64,000 nucleotides of DNA from Kiritimatiellia bacterium (GTDB lineage Bacteria > Verrucomicrobiota > Kiritimatiellia > JAAZAB01). Under the pieces are notes generated by a model. It saw only the letters and a program-made list of their open reading frames with translations, ran no database searches and had not been told where the DNA came from. Where the stretch lies: the NCBI GenBank assembly GCA_050944835.1, contig JBMNRV010000006.1, positions 30,999-94,998 on the forward strand, in the 5' to 3' direction. Position numbers and translations under genes: made by a program. Shown one piece after another: positions 43,996 to 53,765 of this stretch (position 1 is its first letter; each line of letters starts with the position of its first letter).

Positions 43996-45471
43996 TTGCC
44001 ACGCCCTATGAATGACCAAAACAATATTTTACAGGAGCTGAATTTTGTCCCCGAATGGGCCCGCCAGCCCGCCGGTAATGCTGTGCAGATTAACGTCTCA
44101 CGCGATGCCAGACAGCGCTCGGAACGCCGGGGTGAACCGCGCAAAGACGGCGCTCCGGCACGACGTCCGCGCCGCTCCGGCGCCGGACAAGGCCGCCCTG
44201 CTGATCCCACCCGCGCCGACACACCACGTCGGCGGATGCCGCGCCGGGATGATGCCGCAGCAGACGCTACCAGGCATGCCCTGCCCGCCGGGTACCGTAT
44301 CAGTTTTATTCCCGAGCGCCGCGGGCTGAAACCGCTGGTCGCACAATTGGCCCGCACCCGCCGGGCCTGGCCGCTGAGCGATGTGGCCAAGATGTTTCTC
44401 AGCAAACCGGATTTCTATGCCGTCAAAATCGAAACCACACCACCACCGAAGGAAACGGAAGCGACGGACGATACACACGCGCCGGATTTATTCCAATGCG
44501 CCGAATGCCTGCAAATATTCCAAACGCGCAACGACATCGTAAACCATGCAATGCGCGCACACTTCGACCAGTTTTTCGACATGGAAGAACAACCGGGCGA
44601 GGCGCCGAAGGGCAATTTTTCCATCGTCGCACGCTGCGGACTCTCCGGCATTCTGTTGGGCCCGCCGAATTATCACCTTTACAACGAAAAAATACAGGAA
44701 GTGCACCGGCAACGTTTCCCGGATATGCCGATGGAAACTTATCGGCGGCATATCGTCAACGAAACCGACCCCGACAAACTGGAGCAATGGAAGCAGGAAG
44801 TGGCGCGGCGGACTATTTACCGAACCAAACGTGAAAAAGAACCGCAGACATTTAACCGGCTGGCGGAAGCAGAAGATTTTTTCCACACCACTTACTTGCC
44901 GCAACTGATCCGTGAAGGTCAGCGTTTTATCATACCTGGCACCGTCATGCCAGATATGGAAGACCAAGCGCTGCTGCGCGCCATCAGGCAAAATTGGCTT
45001 AGGGAAAACCGATCGCCGTTGCGCATCACGCTGGCAGTCCGCCCGGCTTTCAAACAGATGGGGCTGCATATTTTCCGCACACCGGACAAAACAGCTTATA
45101 TAACCTCAATTAACCCGCGCCCGCTGGGCGACTCTCAAACTACGGATGAAATTGCGTTCATCTTGCAATTTGTAACCAGCCATCCATATTGTACCGCCGC
45201 AGAACTATTTGAAGCTTGGTTACAGACGGAAGGGAAACCTGCGGAACAATCTTCTACAGAAGAGCAGGAAGGCGCCGCGCCGTCCGCCATTGCCATGCCG
45301 CTGCATTGGTTGACGGATAAAGGGCATATTATTGAGTTTTTCGACGGCAAACTGCTCGTGCCGGGCACAGGTGACGCAGCCCCTGCCACACCGCCCAGCG
45401 AGGAGGCCGCGGACGCGACAACCGGCGCGGACAACGATGCCCAACCGCCGGATAGCGCCAGCATTCCATAG
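43996..45471 (+). CDS. Hypothetical protein with a C2H2-type zinc-finger motif and arginine-rich disordered termini
   Basis: The 491 aa ORF contains FQCAECLQIFQTRNDIVNHAMRAH, i.e. C-x2-C-x12-H-x4-H. An Arg/Pro-rich low-complexity N-terminus precedes it. No other recognisable domain is present. Confidence 0.5.
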   Translation: MPRPMNDQNNILQELNFVPEWARQPAGNAVQINVSRDARQRSERRGEPRKDGAPARRPRRSGAGQGRPADPTRADTPRRRMPRRDDAAADATRHALPAGYRISFIPERRGLKPLVAQLARTRRAWPLSDVAKMFLSKPDFYAVKIETTPPPKETEATDDTHAPDLFQCAECLQIFQTRNDIVNHAMRAHFDQFFDMEEQPGEAPKGNFSIVARCGLSGILLGPPNYHLYNEKIQEVHRQRFPDMPMETYRRHIVNETDPDKLEQWKQEVARRTIYRTKREKEPQTFNRLAEAEDFFHTTYLPQLIREGQRFIIPGTVMPDMEDQALLRAIRQNWLRENRSPLRITLAVRPAFKQMGLHIFRTPDKTAYITSINPRPLGDSQTTDEIAFILQFVTSHPYCTAAELFEAWLQTEGKPAEQSSTEEQEGAAPSAIAMPLHWLTDKGHIIEFFDGKLLVPGTGDAAPATPPSEEAADATTGADNDAQPPDSASIP

Positions 45472-45661
45472 AAGCGCCAAAGTGGCGGAAAGGGATTAGC
45501 CAAAAATGTACAAAAGGCAAGAGAGGACAGAGGCGCCTAAAACGGCATTTGAAATTCAGGAAACGAGATAAAATATTGAAACCGCAGATTACGCAGATGG
45601 GCGCAGATTAGGAAGAACCACGGATTAACACTGATAGACACGGATTAGGGAAAGGATGATC

Positions 45662-46060
45662 CACAAATGCCGCGCTGTCCGCTATGCGGACATGGATCGG
45701 TGGACACCCGGATAGGCGAATGAATTCGCGTATCAGGGTGTCTGCCGATTCGCCAGACCGGCAGATGCTCCTAAAACTAGGCAGTTGGTAAGTTTGTCGC
45801 AGATGCGCGGCGCGAAGGATGAAGCTGTATAAACATACTGCGAGTCGCCAGAGCGGCTCGCTCATTCGCAACAAAGCAGATGCGGCAAAATCGCCAACCC
45901 CTTTACGGGTTTGAAATTCAGGAAACTTTCTTTCACCAAATGAGCGCTGTAACTCTAAGTCTTGACATTCTTATTCTTAACTCTTTATCTTGTTTCCTGA
46001 ATTTCAAATGCCGTTTTTAGGATGCCGGTCAGCGCGACATGCGTTAGTAATCTGAAAATC
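45662..46060. repeat. Long (~400 bp) dispersed element, copy A; copy B is at 53766-54125
   Basis: The two copies are near-identical except for a 17 bp indel (GCCAGAGCGGCTCGCTC is only in A). The element has a 20 nt internal inverted repeat (GGGTTTGAAATTCAGGAAAC ... GTTTCCTGAATTTCAAATGCC) about 95 nt apart, and a second hairpin (GACACCCGGATA...TATCAGGGTGTC). The 5' ~90 nt also recur at 26260-26350, and the inverted-repeat arm recurs at 16625-16660 and 45520-45560. Confidence 0.85.
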
Positions 46061-46208
46061 TTGTGCTTTTTGTGCATCTTTGTGGCTAATCTCTTACGCT
46101 AAGACGCGGAGAAAGAAGTAAGATTTTCAGAATAATCTGTGTTCATCCGTGGTTCTTCTCTTAACGGCCTTTTAAATATTGGTATGATACTGATTCTACG
46201 AGGTATAT

Positions 46209-46850
46209 ATGGCTGATATTGAACTTACTTGTCCTAATTGCGCAAAAACCACCTCCGTATCGGAATACGCGGAGGGCCCGACGATCGCCTGTCCGAGCTG
46301 CGGAACGCCCATTCCGCTGCCAGGGACGCAAAAGCAATCGCGCTTGACGCTTCGCAAACGCGAACCTGCGCCGGTCAAGGAGCCACCCGCCCCACACAAG
46401 TCCGCTACTGATCCTACCATGGAAAACCGCAGACAATCCGCTTCTTTAAAGCGCGACATTAAGCGGGTGCGGCGCAACAAATTGTTTCTGGGCCTCAGTG
46501 GGCTGTTGTTTCTGGCGCTGGCAGCGGGACTGTTTCACCTGCGCTTCCGCGGCGGGTATGCGGAATGGGTGACCTTTGAAGAGTTCCAAAAATACGAGCT
46601 GATCGCCGCCGGCGCACTCTATGTGCTCATCATACTCTATGCCTTAAAAGACAACATGTTTGACGGGCTCTTATCGCTGGTTGTGCCGCTTTATCCCTTT
46701 TATTATCTTTTTGCGAAAGCCAGCGCCCCTTTCCTACGCGCTGTAACCGCCGCAGTACTATTGGTGTTCGGCAAGGACCTGCTTGCAAAAGTGCAGGTTT
46801 GGGCGAATACGCTGTTCGAGGTCATTAACCACTGGATTCGCAATGCATGA
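46209..46850 (+). CDS. Zinc-ribbon (MJ0042-type) membrane protein
   Basis: The 213 aa ORF has an N-terminus MADIELTCPNCAKT...ACPSCGT that parallels the MADIYFKCECNK...CPDCHK start of the 19846-21822 protein. Three to four TM helices follow. Confidence 0.5.
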   Translation: MADIELTCPNCAKTTSVSEYAEGPTIACPSCGTPIPLPGTQKQSRLTLRKREPAPVKEPPAPHKSATDPTMENRRQSASLKRDIKRVRRNKLFLGLSGLLFLALAAGLFHLRFRGGYAEWVTFEEFQKYELIAAGALYVLIILYALKDNMFDGLLSLVVPLYPFYYLFAKASAPFLRAVTAAVLLVFGKDLLAKVQVWANTLFEVINHWIRNA

Positions 46851-47980
46851 CCCCTTTAATCCGCGCCACTATCAGTCGCGCCGCTCTGCGCCATAATCTA
46901 CGCCTGATACGCCGCTTAAGCCGTCCGGCGCAAATCTGCGCGATGGTTAAAGCCAATGCCTACGGCCATAATGCCTTGCTGGTGACCCGCGCTCTGGCTG
47001 GAATGGCAGACACTTGGGGTGTTGCCACACTCAGTGAAGCTGTAGAACTACGCGAACACGGCTTGCGCGAGCCTATCCTGGTTTTTTGCCCCTTCGATGA
47101 CTACTTTCCCAACGCACGCGCACGACGGGAGGCACTGGACGCCATTCTGGAACACCGCCTGCAACCGGTAGTAACCAACGCGTCAAGCCTGACGTTATTG
47201 GCGCGCCACGCACGCCGGCGGCAATCCGAATTGGCGGTGCATATCAAGGTGGATACCGGCATGGGCCGTAGCGGCTGCATGCCCGAAGAACTTCTACCCC
47301 TTCTGCGCCAAGCCGCCGACATCCCCGGCCTGCATGTTGTCGGCTTCTGCAGCCATTTCGCCGCTGCCGACACAGCCAACCTGACCAGCGCGCGGCAACA
47401 GTTACGCTTGTTCACACAATTGGCCACCAGCGCCGCCGCTGCCGGCCTGCGTCCGCCGCTCCTGCATCTGGCCAATAGCGCCGCGATTTTCAATCTGCCG
47501 GACGCACACTGGGATATGGTACGCCCCGGCATTGCCCTGTACGGCTACGCCGATAAGCATATACGCGGCTCCACTGCTTTGCGTCCGGTACTGGAAATGT
47601 ATTCACCGGTAGTAATGACTAAGCGCCTGCCGCGCGGTCATGCCTGCGGCTATGGCGCCACCTTCACTGCCAACCGCCCAACGCGTATCGGCCTGGTTTA
47701 CGTAGGCTATGCCGATGGGTATGACCGGCGTCTCTCCAATACCGGCGTAGTGGATTTTGATGGCCGCCGCGCCCCGGTGGTGGGCCGCGTCAGTATGGAT
47801 GCTATTATCGTGGATATCACCGGTATCCAAGGCGTAGAGATCGGCAGCCAAGCGCGTATCATCAGCGCGCGCCGTTCCGATCCACATTCCGTAGAAGCGC
47901 TGGCGCGACAACTTGGCACTATCCCACATGAAATCACCTGTAGTCTGGGGGGGCGTGTCCAACAATCTCTAGTCGCTTGA
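46847..47980 (+). CDS. alr: Alanine racemase
   Basis: The 377 aa ORF has the PLP-lysine motif AMVKANAYGHNA. It shows the alanine racemase TIM-barrel plus beta-domain organisation (RPGIALYG, VSMDAIIVDIT). Its start overlaps the previous gene by 4 nt. Confidence 0.88.
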   Translation: MTPLIRATISRAALRHNLRLIRRLSRPAQICAMVKANAYGHNALLVTRALAGMADTWGVATLSEAVELREHGLREPILVFCPFDDYFPNARARREALDAILEHRLQPVVTNASSLTLLARHARRRQSELAVHIKVDTGMGRSGCMPEELLPLLRQAADIPGLHVVGFCSHFAAADTANLTSARQQLRLFTQLATSAAAAGLRPPLLHLANSAAIFNLPDAHWDMVRPGIALYGYADKHIRGSTALRPVLEMYSPVVMTKRLPRGHACGYGATFTANRPTRIGLVYVGYADGYDRRLSNTGVVDFDGRRAPVVGRVSMDAIIVDITGIQGVEIGSQARIISARRSDPHSVEALARQLGTIPHEITCSLGGRVQQSLVA

Positions 47981-48034
47981 CTGCTGAACATTTTTCGCGT
48001 ATCTTGATAAGCATCTTTTTAAGGAGGCATTAAC

Positions 48035-48538
48035 GTGGCATTTCTTATCGGCATGTCCGAAGGCTTACGCGGACAAAAATTTGAAATCAAAACCGACCGC
48101 ACCACCATCGGACGCGCGCTGACCAACGATATTGTTATCAATGACGCCGCCGCTTCCGCCCAGCATTGCTACATTTCCCGCCGCGGGGACCGTTACGTGT
48201 TGCACGATATGAATTCCACCAACGGCACCTGCTTAAATTTTGAGCGGATCAATGAAGCCGAATTGCACCCCAAGCAAGTAATTCAGATTGGCTCTTCCGA
48301 GCTGATGTTTGATGGTGATGCTACCTACAAAACCCCTCTGACCGCCGCCATACCGGCCAATGCCAACGTTGTTGCTGATGTAGCTCCGCCGAACGTCAAC
48401 CCAAAATCATTTTCCAGCGTTTCACCGTTCGGCGCGCGCCGGCGCGACAACAAGAACGCTTGGATGGCCGTGATCGTTATTGTCGGCATCTTGGCTCTGG
48501 TGGCTATGGTTTATTTCGTAACTCAGATGCTGAAATAA
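48035..48538 (+). CDS. FHA-domain protein with a C-terminal TM anchor
   Basis: The 167 aa ORF has the FHA signature (TTIGRALTNDIVINDAAASAQHCYI...YVLHDMNSTNGTCLN). A hydrophobic helix (AWMAVIVIVGILALVAMVYFV) closes the protein. Confidence 0.7.
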   Translation: MAFLIGMSEGLRGQKFEIKTDRTTIGRALTNDIVINDAAASAQHCYISRRGDRYVLHDMNSTNGTCLNFERINEAELHPKQVIQIGSSELMFDGDATYKTPLTAAIPANANVVADVAPPNVNPKSFSSVSPFGARRRDNKNAWMAVIVIVGILALVAMVYFVTQMLK

Positions 48539-48588
48539 TTTTGGGACGCCACCCTGTCAGCCGCAACTACCGTTTTTAGGATTACGCC

Positions 48589-49266
48589 ATGCCGTCCCCA
48601 TGCATGTATTCCCGCGCGCGCCGCCAAGGCGCAACGCTGCTGGAATTATTGGCGGCTACCGCCATTGCCGCCTTGATTCTTTCGGTCTTGTTCGCCGTAT
48701 ATTTTGCCGTCATTCAAACTACAGGGCGCCAAGCCGACGGACGTGGATCAGCGGCGGCGGCAGAGGCGCTTGACATGCTGGCGCACGATTTCATGTGCGC
48801 CATGATCCCGGTCGGTATAACCAACCCACCACTGGAATTGACGGAGGCCACTAACGCTTTACCGGGAGCGCTCTGCCGTTTTTATACTGCGGAACCATTT
48901 TCAGCGGAACTCGGGCCGCAACATTATGCCGTGCGCGCAGTGCAGGTGCAATTGCTGCCCGGACCATCCTCCGACGCTTACATCCTGGAACGAATCACCC
49001 GCCCCCTGCCCGGCGCAGCGGACAGCGCCGGAGCCGTCCGCGAGACTTGGGCGCCCCTTTACGCCATGAATCTAACCGCCTATGACGGCGAAAGCTGGAG
49101 TAACCAGTGGGCCGGCAACGATTTGCCACAGGCCATCCGCCTGACCCTGCAATACGGCGCAGGGCCAAACCAGACATACATCATGACCGTTCCCATACCC
49201 GCCGGAATTCCCTTCGGGTTAACCAATGTGTCCAACACTACACCGGCGTCCCATGCACTTCATTAA
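48589..49266 (+). CDS. Type II secretion pseudopilin (GspJ-like) with a prepilin-type N-terminus
   Basis: The 225 aa ORF has the class III signal QGATLLELLAATAIAALILSVLFAVYFAV. This is the prepilin peptidase site G|ATLLE (Glu at +5) followed by a hydrophobic helix. Confidence 0.55.
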   Translation: MPSPCMYSRARRQGATLLELLAATAIAALILSVLFAVYFAVIQTTGRQADGRGSAAAAEALDMLAHDFMCAMIPVGITNPPLELTEATNALPGALCRFYTAEPFSAELGPQHYAVRAVQVQLLPGPSSDAYILERITRPLPGAADSAGAVRETWAPLYAMNLTAYDGESWSNQWAGNDLPQAIRLTLQYGAGPNQTYIMTVPIPAGIPFGLTNVSNTTPASHALH

Positions 49267-51289
49267 AACAACACGCAAATATCTGCTGCCGCTGCTGGGT
49301 CTGGCAGCGATTTATATACTGGGTCTGAGCGTCCGGCGGGCAGTGTTGGAAACGCAATTTTCCCAATTCGGCGCGGACCCGCCATTTACTCTGGAAAGCG
49401 CACTGGAGTTTCGTTATGTGCGCATGCTGTACAACGGCGAAGCGTTGCCGGAGATTGACCGTAAAATTCAGGCGCCCGAGGGAATCAACGTGCGCGCTAC
49501 TTATACTATCGCCGCCGAACACGTTTACGCCGCGCTGGCACACTATCTGCCCACGCAGCTTTCTCTGACCAACCGGGTGCGTTGGATTTCCGCCGGCTGG
49601 TTCTGCCTGGGCATACCATTTTTATGCCTATGGCTCTGGTGGTGGTGGCGGTCAGCCTGGGCGGCCGCCATCGGCGGCGCCTATTACGCCGTCGGGCTGG
49701 CAGCAGTCATGCGCTCCACGGGCCAGGAACTTTCCCATGAAAATTTTGCGCTGCCTCTGCTTCTGGCACATTTCGCGGTCTCTGCGCTGGCTGAGCGCTT
49801 GGCCTCGCCCTGGGCCCGCCGGACGGCAGCAGCCGCAGCGGCATTGCTGCTGGCCGTAGCCTTGTGCAGTTGGGACTTGATCCAATTTTACGTTATACTC
49901 TGGGCCGTAGCGCATTTTTGCCGGATGCTTGGCGGCCGCTACTTCGGCAACAGACACCGGACAGAACAATGGGGAATGATTGTGCTGGCGCTTTTGCTGG
50001 CGGGAATCATCAATCCCTACCTCCGCGCACATGCGTTCTGGCGGACGCCGGCCATGCTGTTGACAATCGGAATGTTGCCCGGCGTCTGGGCGCAGGTGCG
50101 CGGCAGAAGGCCGGCCTCGCGCGCCAACGCCTGGGCGCTTATGCTCCTGCCGCTGCTGCTGGCGGGACTGGGACTGGCGCTGGCGGCCGCTGAAAACAGC
50201 CCCTACTCCCACTTCGGCGAGCTGCTCTGGGCCAAGCTGCGTTTCCTTAACCAGAAACCGGCAGACCCGGCCCTTTTGACTTTCGCCCAACGCATACTCT
50301 GGGTGCCAGCTTTAAATTCTGTAAATTGGGGCTTGACAAAAATTTTATTTCCTGCAATCATTCCGGCAGTTTTAGGGGCTTTGGGTTTGATTGCCTTCAC
50401 CAAGCGCCTCCGTTCTGATCCTGAAACCGTTCATTTGCTTTTTTATTTCATCGTTGCTGCTATTGCCTTCTGGCTGTTCATGCGTTTCCATGTTTTTGTG
50501 GCGGTGTTTGCCGCCGCCTTGCTGGGATGCCTTAGCAGCTGGTGCGCCAGACAGACCGGATGGCTGAAGGTGGCATTATTGACCCTGCTGATTGCAGGAG
50601 TCACGGCGGAGGCGGCACAAACGCTCGGTGGCGCCAGACGTTGGGGTGCAACGCCGGCTTATCAGCAACAGCAGCGGGAGTTGACCCGCTGGATGCGGGA
50701 AAACATCACGGAAGAAACGGTCTTAGCTAATTTTGGATTGAGCGCATGGCTGCTGGCAGACGGGGATTTCCCAGTGGCGCTGCACCCTAAATTCGAAAAT
50801 GCCGTTATCCGCAGGAGAGTGCAGCAGTATGGCGAGTTGCTTTTCAAGGGAAGCGAGCGGGACTTGCGGAATTGGGCCGATAGCTTGGGAGTTCAGTATT
50901 ATGTGTATGCGCTCGGCGAATTTTCCGACTGGCAGCCGGATTGTCAGATGCGTTACTTTGTCAACGCCTTGACCCCGCCGGACGACGCGCCGGCCCGCAT
51001 GTTCGAGTATAACCATTTAGGAGGGCGATACTTCAAGTTTTTATGGGGCAACTCCAAATATCGAGTCTTCCGCATGATCACCGGCGCAGCGCAAAAACAG
51101 GCGGATGACCTGGCAGAACAAGCCATGAATAGTTTGAGAAAAGGCGATATAGCCGCGGCAGGCACGCTGGCACAGAGCGCACTGCTGCGCGACCCGCATC
51201 ATACGAACGCAGCGCAAGTTCTTCTGCAATTGAGCGCTATGCGGAATGGACGCGCCGACAGCGCTTCGGCTGACAAACACCGAAATTAA
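49226..51289 (+). CDS. Polytopic membrane protein with C-terminal TPR repeats; possible GT-C-fold glycosyltransferase (TMTC/PMT-like)
   Basis: The 687 aa ORF has about 12 TM helices, then a soluble C-terminus with TPR-like repeats (AEQAMNSLRKGDIAAAGTLAQSALLRDPHHTNAAQVLLQL). The family call is tentative. Confidence 0.45.
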   Translation: MCPTLHRRPMHFIKTTRKYLLPLLGLAAIYILGLSVRRAVLETQFSQFGADPPFTLESALEFRYVRMLYNGEALPEIDRKIQAPEGINVRATYTIAAEHVYAALAHYLPTQLSLTNRVRWISAGWFCLGIPFLCLWLWWWWRSAWAAAIGGAYYAVGLAAVMRSTGQELSHENFALPLLLAHFAVSALAERLASPWARRTAAAAAALLLAVALCSWDLIQFYVILWAVAHFCRMLGGRYFGNRHRTEQWGMIVLALLLAGIINPYLRAHAFWRTPAMLLTIGMLPGVWAQVRGRRPASRANAWALMLLPLLLAGLGLALAAAENSPYSHFGELLWAKLRFLNQKPADPALLTFAQRILWVPALNSVNWGLTKILFPAIIPAVLGALGLIAFTKRLRSDPETVHLLFYFIVAAIAFWLFMRFHVFVAVFAAALLGCLSSWCARQTGWLKVALLTLLIAGVTAEAAQTLGGARRWGATPAYQQQQRELTRWMRENITEETVLANFGLSAWLLADGDFPVALHPKFENAVIRRRVQQYGELLFKGSERDLRNWADSLGVQYYVYALGEFSDWQPDCQMRYFVNALTPPDDAPARMFEYNHLGGRYFKFLWGNSKYRVFRMITGAAQKQADDLAEQAMNSLRKGDIAAAGTLAQSALLRDPHHTNAAQVLLQLSAMRNGRADSASADKHRN

Positions 51290-51292
51290 GTT

Positions 51293-51868
51293 ATGGAACT
51301 ATGTATCACCGGCGGCATCGCCTGCGGCAAAACCACAGTTGGCGGATATTTTGCGCAACGGGGTTTTACCGTGCTGGATGCGGATGAAATCTGCCGCGAC
51401 CTGATGCGCGCCGGACGGAACGTGTTCCGCGCCATCAGGGCAGAGTTCGGACCGGATGTCATTGGGCAGGACGGCGAAATTAACCGCGCGGCTTTAGGTC
51501 GGCTGGTATTTGAGGATGCGCATAAATTGGCGCGATTGAATGCCTTGACGCACCCGGCGGCGCGGGCGGAAATCAACCGACGACGGCGGACGCACATCGG
51601 TCCGTTGGCCGTGATTATCCCGCTGGTCTATGAAGCCAATTGGGCGGAGGATTGGCCAGTGATGATTTGTGTCGGCGCTCCGGCCGCGCTGCAAATGGAG
51701 CGCTTGCAGGCGCGGGGATTGACGCCAATCGAGGCACAGGCCCGGATGGCGGCGCAGTTGCCCGTGGCAGAGAAAATCCGCCGCGCTGATTATGTAATTT
51801 ATAATTCCGGCCCACCACCGGTTTTGCAAGAACAGGTGGACTTGATCCTAAAACACTTGAATTTTTGA
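51293..51868 (+). CDS. coaE: Dephospho-CoA kinase
   Basis: The 191 aa ORF has a P-loop (ITGGIACGKTTV), followed by VLDADEI and the family's typical INRAALGRLVF motif. Confidence 0.85.
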   Translation: MELCITGGIACGKTTVGGYFAQRGFTVLDADEICRDLMRAGRNVFRAIRAEFGPDVIGQDGEINRAALGRLVFEDAHKLARLNALTHPAARAEINRRRRTHIGPLAVIIPLVYEANWAEDWPVMICVGAPAALQMERLQARGLTPIEAQARMAAQLPVAEKIRRADYVIYNSGPPPVLQEQVDLILKHLNF

Positions 51869-51889
51869 AAGCACCATTAGGAGTATAGT

Positions 51890-53452
51890 ATGGACGAGAA
51901 AGAGCATAATTCCGAAAACTCACGCCCACGCCGAACGCACCGCACTCCGCGGCATCACACTAAACGCTTTTACCACTCCGGCGCGCGCGAACGCCAGCCG
52001 GACGACGAGCGTGAACATGCGACGACTGAATCCGGCGCCAATGCGGCGGCCACACCTCCTCCATCCGCCGGCAAAGCCAACAACCAGAATGGCGTCCCTC
52101 ACAATGACAATGCCATGTCGCAGAACGATGTCAACGCCGGCGCCCCCAACGGTGGCGCCGTAGAAACGGCTGCGCCATCGGAACAACATCCTGCGCCGCA
52201 AGTGCTGAACTTATCTGAATTGCAGCAAAAAACGGTGCCGGAACTCCATGCGTTGGCCGATTTGTTTCGCCTGGTGGACCTCGGCGCTATGCGCAAACAT
52301 GAGCTGATTTTCGAAATCCTTAAGGCCAATGCCCGCGCACGCGGCACCATCTTTGGCAAAGGAGTGCTGGAAATCCTGCCGGATAATTTCGGCTTCCTGC
52401 GTTCGCCTTATTACAACTACCTGCCATGTCCGGAAGACATCTACGTTTCACCTTCGCAAATCCGCCGCTTTGCATTGCGCACCGGCGATTTCGTCGAAGG
52501 CGAAATCCGCTCGCCCAAGGATAAGGAACGCTTTTTCGCCCTCCTGCGGGTGGACCGCATCAACGGCCAGGACCCAGAGAAATCGCGTAACAAGGTGCCT
52601 TTCGAAAACCTGACCCCGCTGTTCCCCAACCAGCGTTTCATTCTGGAACGCGAGCAAACGGAGATTTCCATGCGGGTTATGGATATCTTTACGCCTATCG
52701 GCATGGGCCAGCGCGGCCTGATCGTCGCGCCGCCACGCACCGGTAAAACTGTTCTGTTGCAGAAAATCGCCAACAGCATTTCTGCCAATCACCCGGAAGC
52801 CCATTTGATCGTCTTACTGATTGACGAGCGCCCGGAGGAAGTCACCGACATGGAACGCAACACTTCCGCACAAGTCCTGAGCTCCACCTTCGACGAACCG
52901 CCGGAGCGTCACATCCAAGTGGCGGAGATGGTGATCGAAATGGCCAAGCGCATGGTGGAATCCGGACAGCATGTAGTGATTCTGCTCGACAGCATCACCC
53001 GCCTGGCGCGCGCCTATAACACCATGGAACCACACAGCGGCAAGATTCTTTCCGGCGGCGTGGATTCCAATGCCCTGCACAAACCCAAACGCTTTTTCGG
53101 CGCCGCCCGCAATATCGAACATGGCGGTAGCCTGACCATCGTCGCCACTGCGCTGGTGGATACCGGCAGCCGCATGGATGAAGTGATCTTCGAGGAATTT
53201 AAGGGCACCGGCAATATGGAATTGGTGCTGGACCGCCACTTGGTGGATAAGCGAGTATTCCCGGCCATCAATGTGGATAAATCCGGCACACGCAAAGAGG
53301 AATTGCTGCTCCACCCGGACGAATTGAGTAAAATCTGGATTCTGCGCCGAGCCATCACCGGTGTCCAACCGGTGGAAGCGATGGAGCTGGTCATTAACCG
53401 CTTGAAAAAAACCAAAAGCAACGCGGAATTCCTGATGTCCCTGAATGAGTGA
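51890..53452 (+). CDS. rho: Transcription termination factor Rho with an ~100 aa Arg/Asn-rich N-terminal extension
   Basis: The 520 aa ORF carries Rho motifs ([36 protein letters not shown], Walker [46 protein letters not shown]). The first ~100 residues are low-complexity ([26 protein letters not shown]) and absent from E. coli Rho. Confidence 0.92.
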   Translation: MDEKEHNSENSRPRRTHRTPRHHTKRFYHSGARERQPDDEREHATTESGANAAATPPPSAGKANNQNGVPHNDNAMSQNDVNAGAPNGGAVETAAPSEQHPAPQVLNLSELQQKTVPELHALADLFRLVDLGAMRKHELIFEILKANARARGTIFGKGVLEILPDNFGFLRSPYYNYLPCPEDIYVSPSQIRRFALRTGDFVEGEIRSPKDKERFFALLRVDRINGQDPEKSRNKVPFENLTPLFPNQRFILEREQTEISMRVMDIFTPIGMGQRGLIVAPPRTGKTVLLQKIANSISANHPEAHLIVLLIDERPEEVTDMERNTSAQVLSSTFDEPPERHIQVAEMVIEMAKRMVESGQHVVILLDSITRLARAYNTMEPHSGKILSGGVDSNALHKPKRFFGAARNIEHGGSLTIVATALVDTGSRMDEVIFEEFKGTGNMELVLDRHLVDKRVFPAINVDKSGTRKEELLLHPDELSKIWILRRAITGVQPVEAMELVINRLKKTKSNAEFLMSLNE

Positions 53453-53573
53453 TCCTGCAAACGCGCATCCACTGGCCTCGCCATAGAAAACTGCTAAAGG
53501 CGGAAAAGATTAACCGCCAAGAATACCAAGGAGTGGGAAAGTGGCGACAGAAGTCTCACACGGAGACGCGGAG

Positions 53574-53680
53574 GTGCGAGCCGCACTGGCGGTGCGAGCC
53601 GCACTGGCGGTGCGAGCCGCACTGGCGGTGCGAGCCGCACTGGCGGTGCGAGCCGCACTGGCGATGCGAGCCGCACTGGC
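53574..53680. repeat. 6 x 18 nt tandem array (GTGCGAGCCGCACTGGCG)
   Basis: Six contiguous units with one substitution in the last unit. Each unit contains the perfect mini-palindrome GTGCG AGC CGCAC. Confidence 0.9.
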
Positions 53681-53765
53681 AAGGACGGAAAGAAATTAGC
53701 CACAAAGATGCACACAATGCACAAAAAGCTACAGAAAAAGAGAAAGTTTGTTGGTCTGGAGTGGC

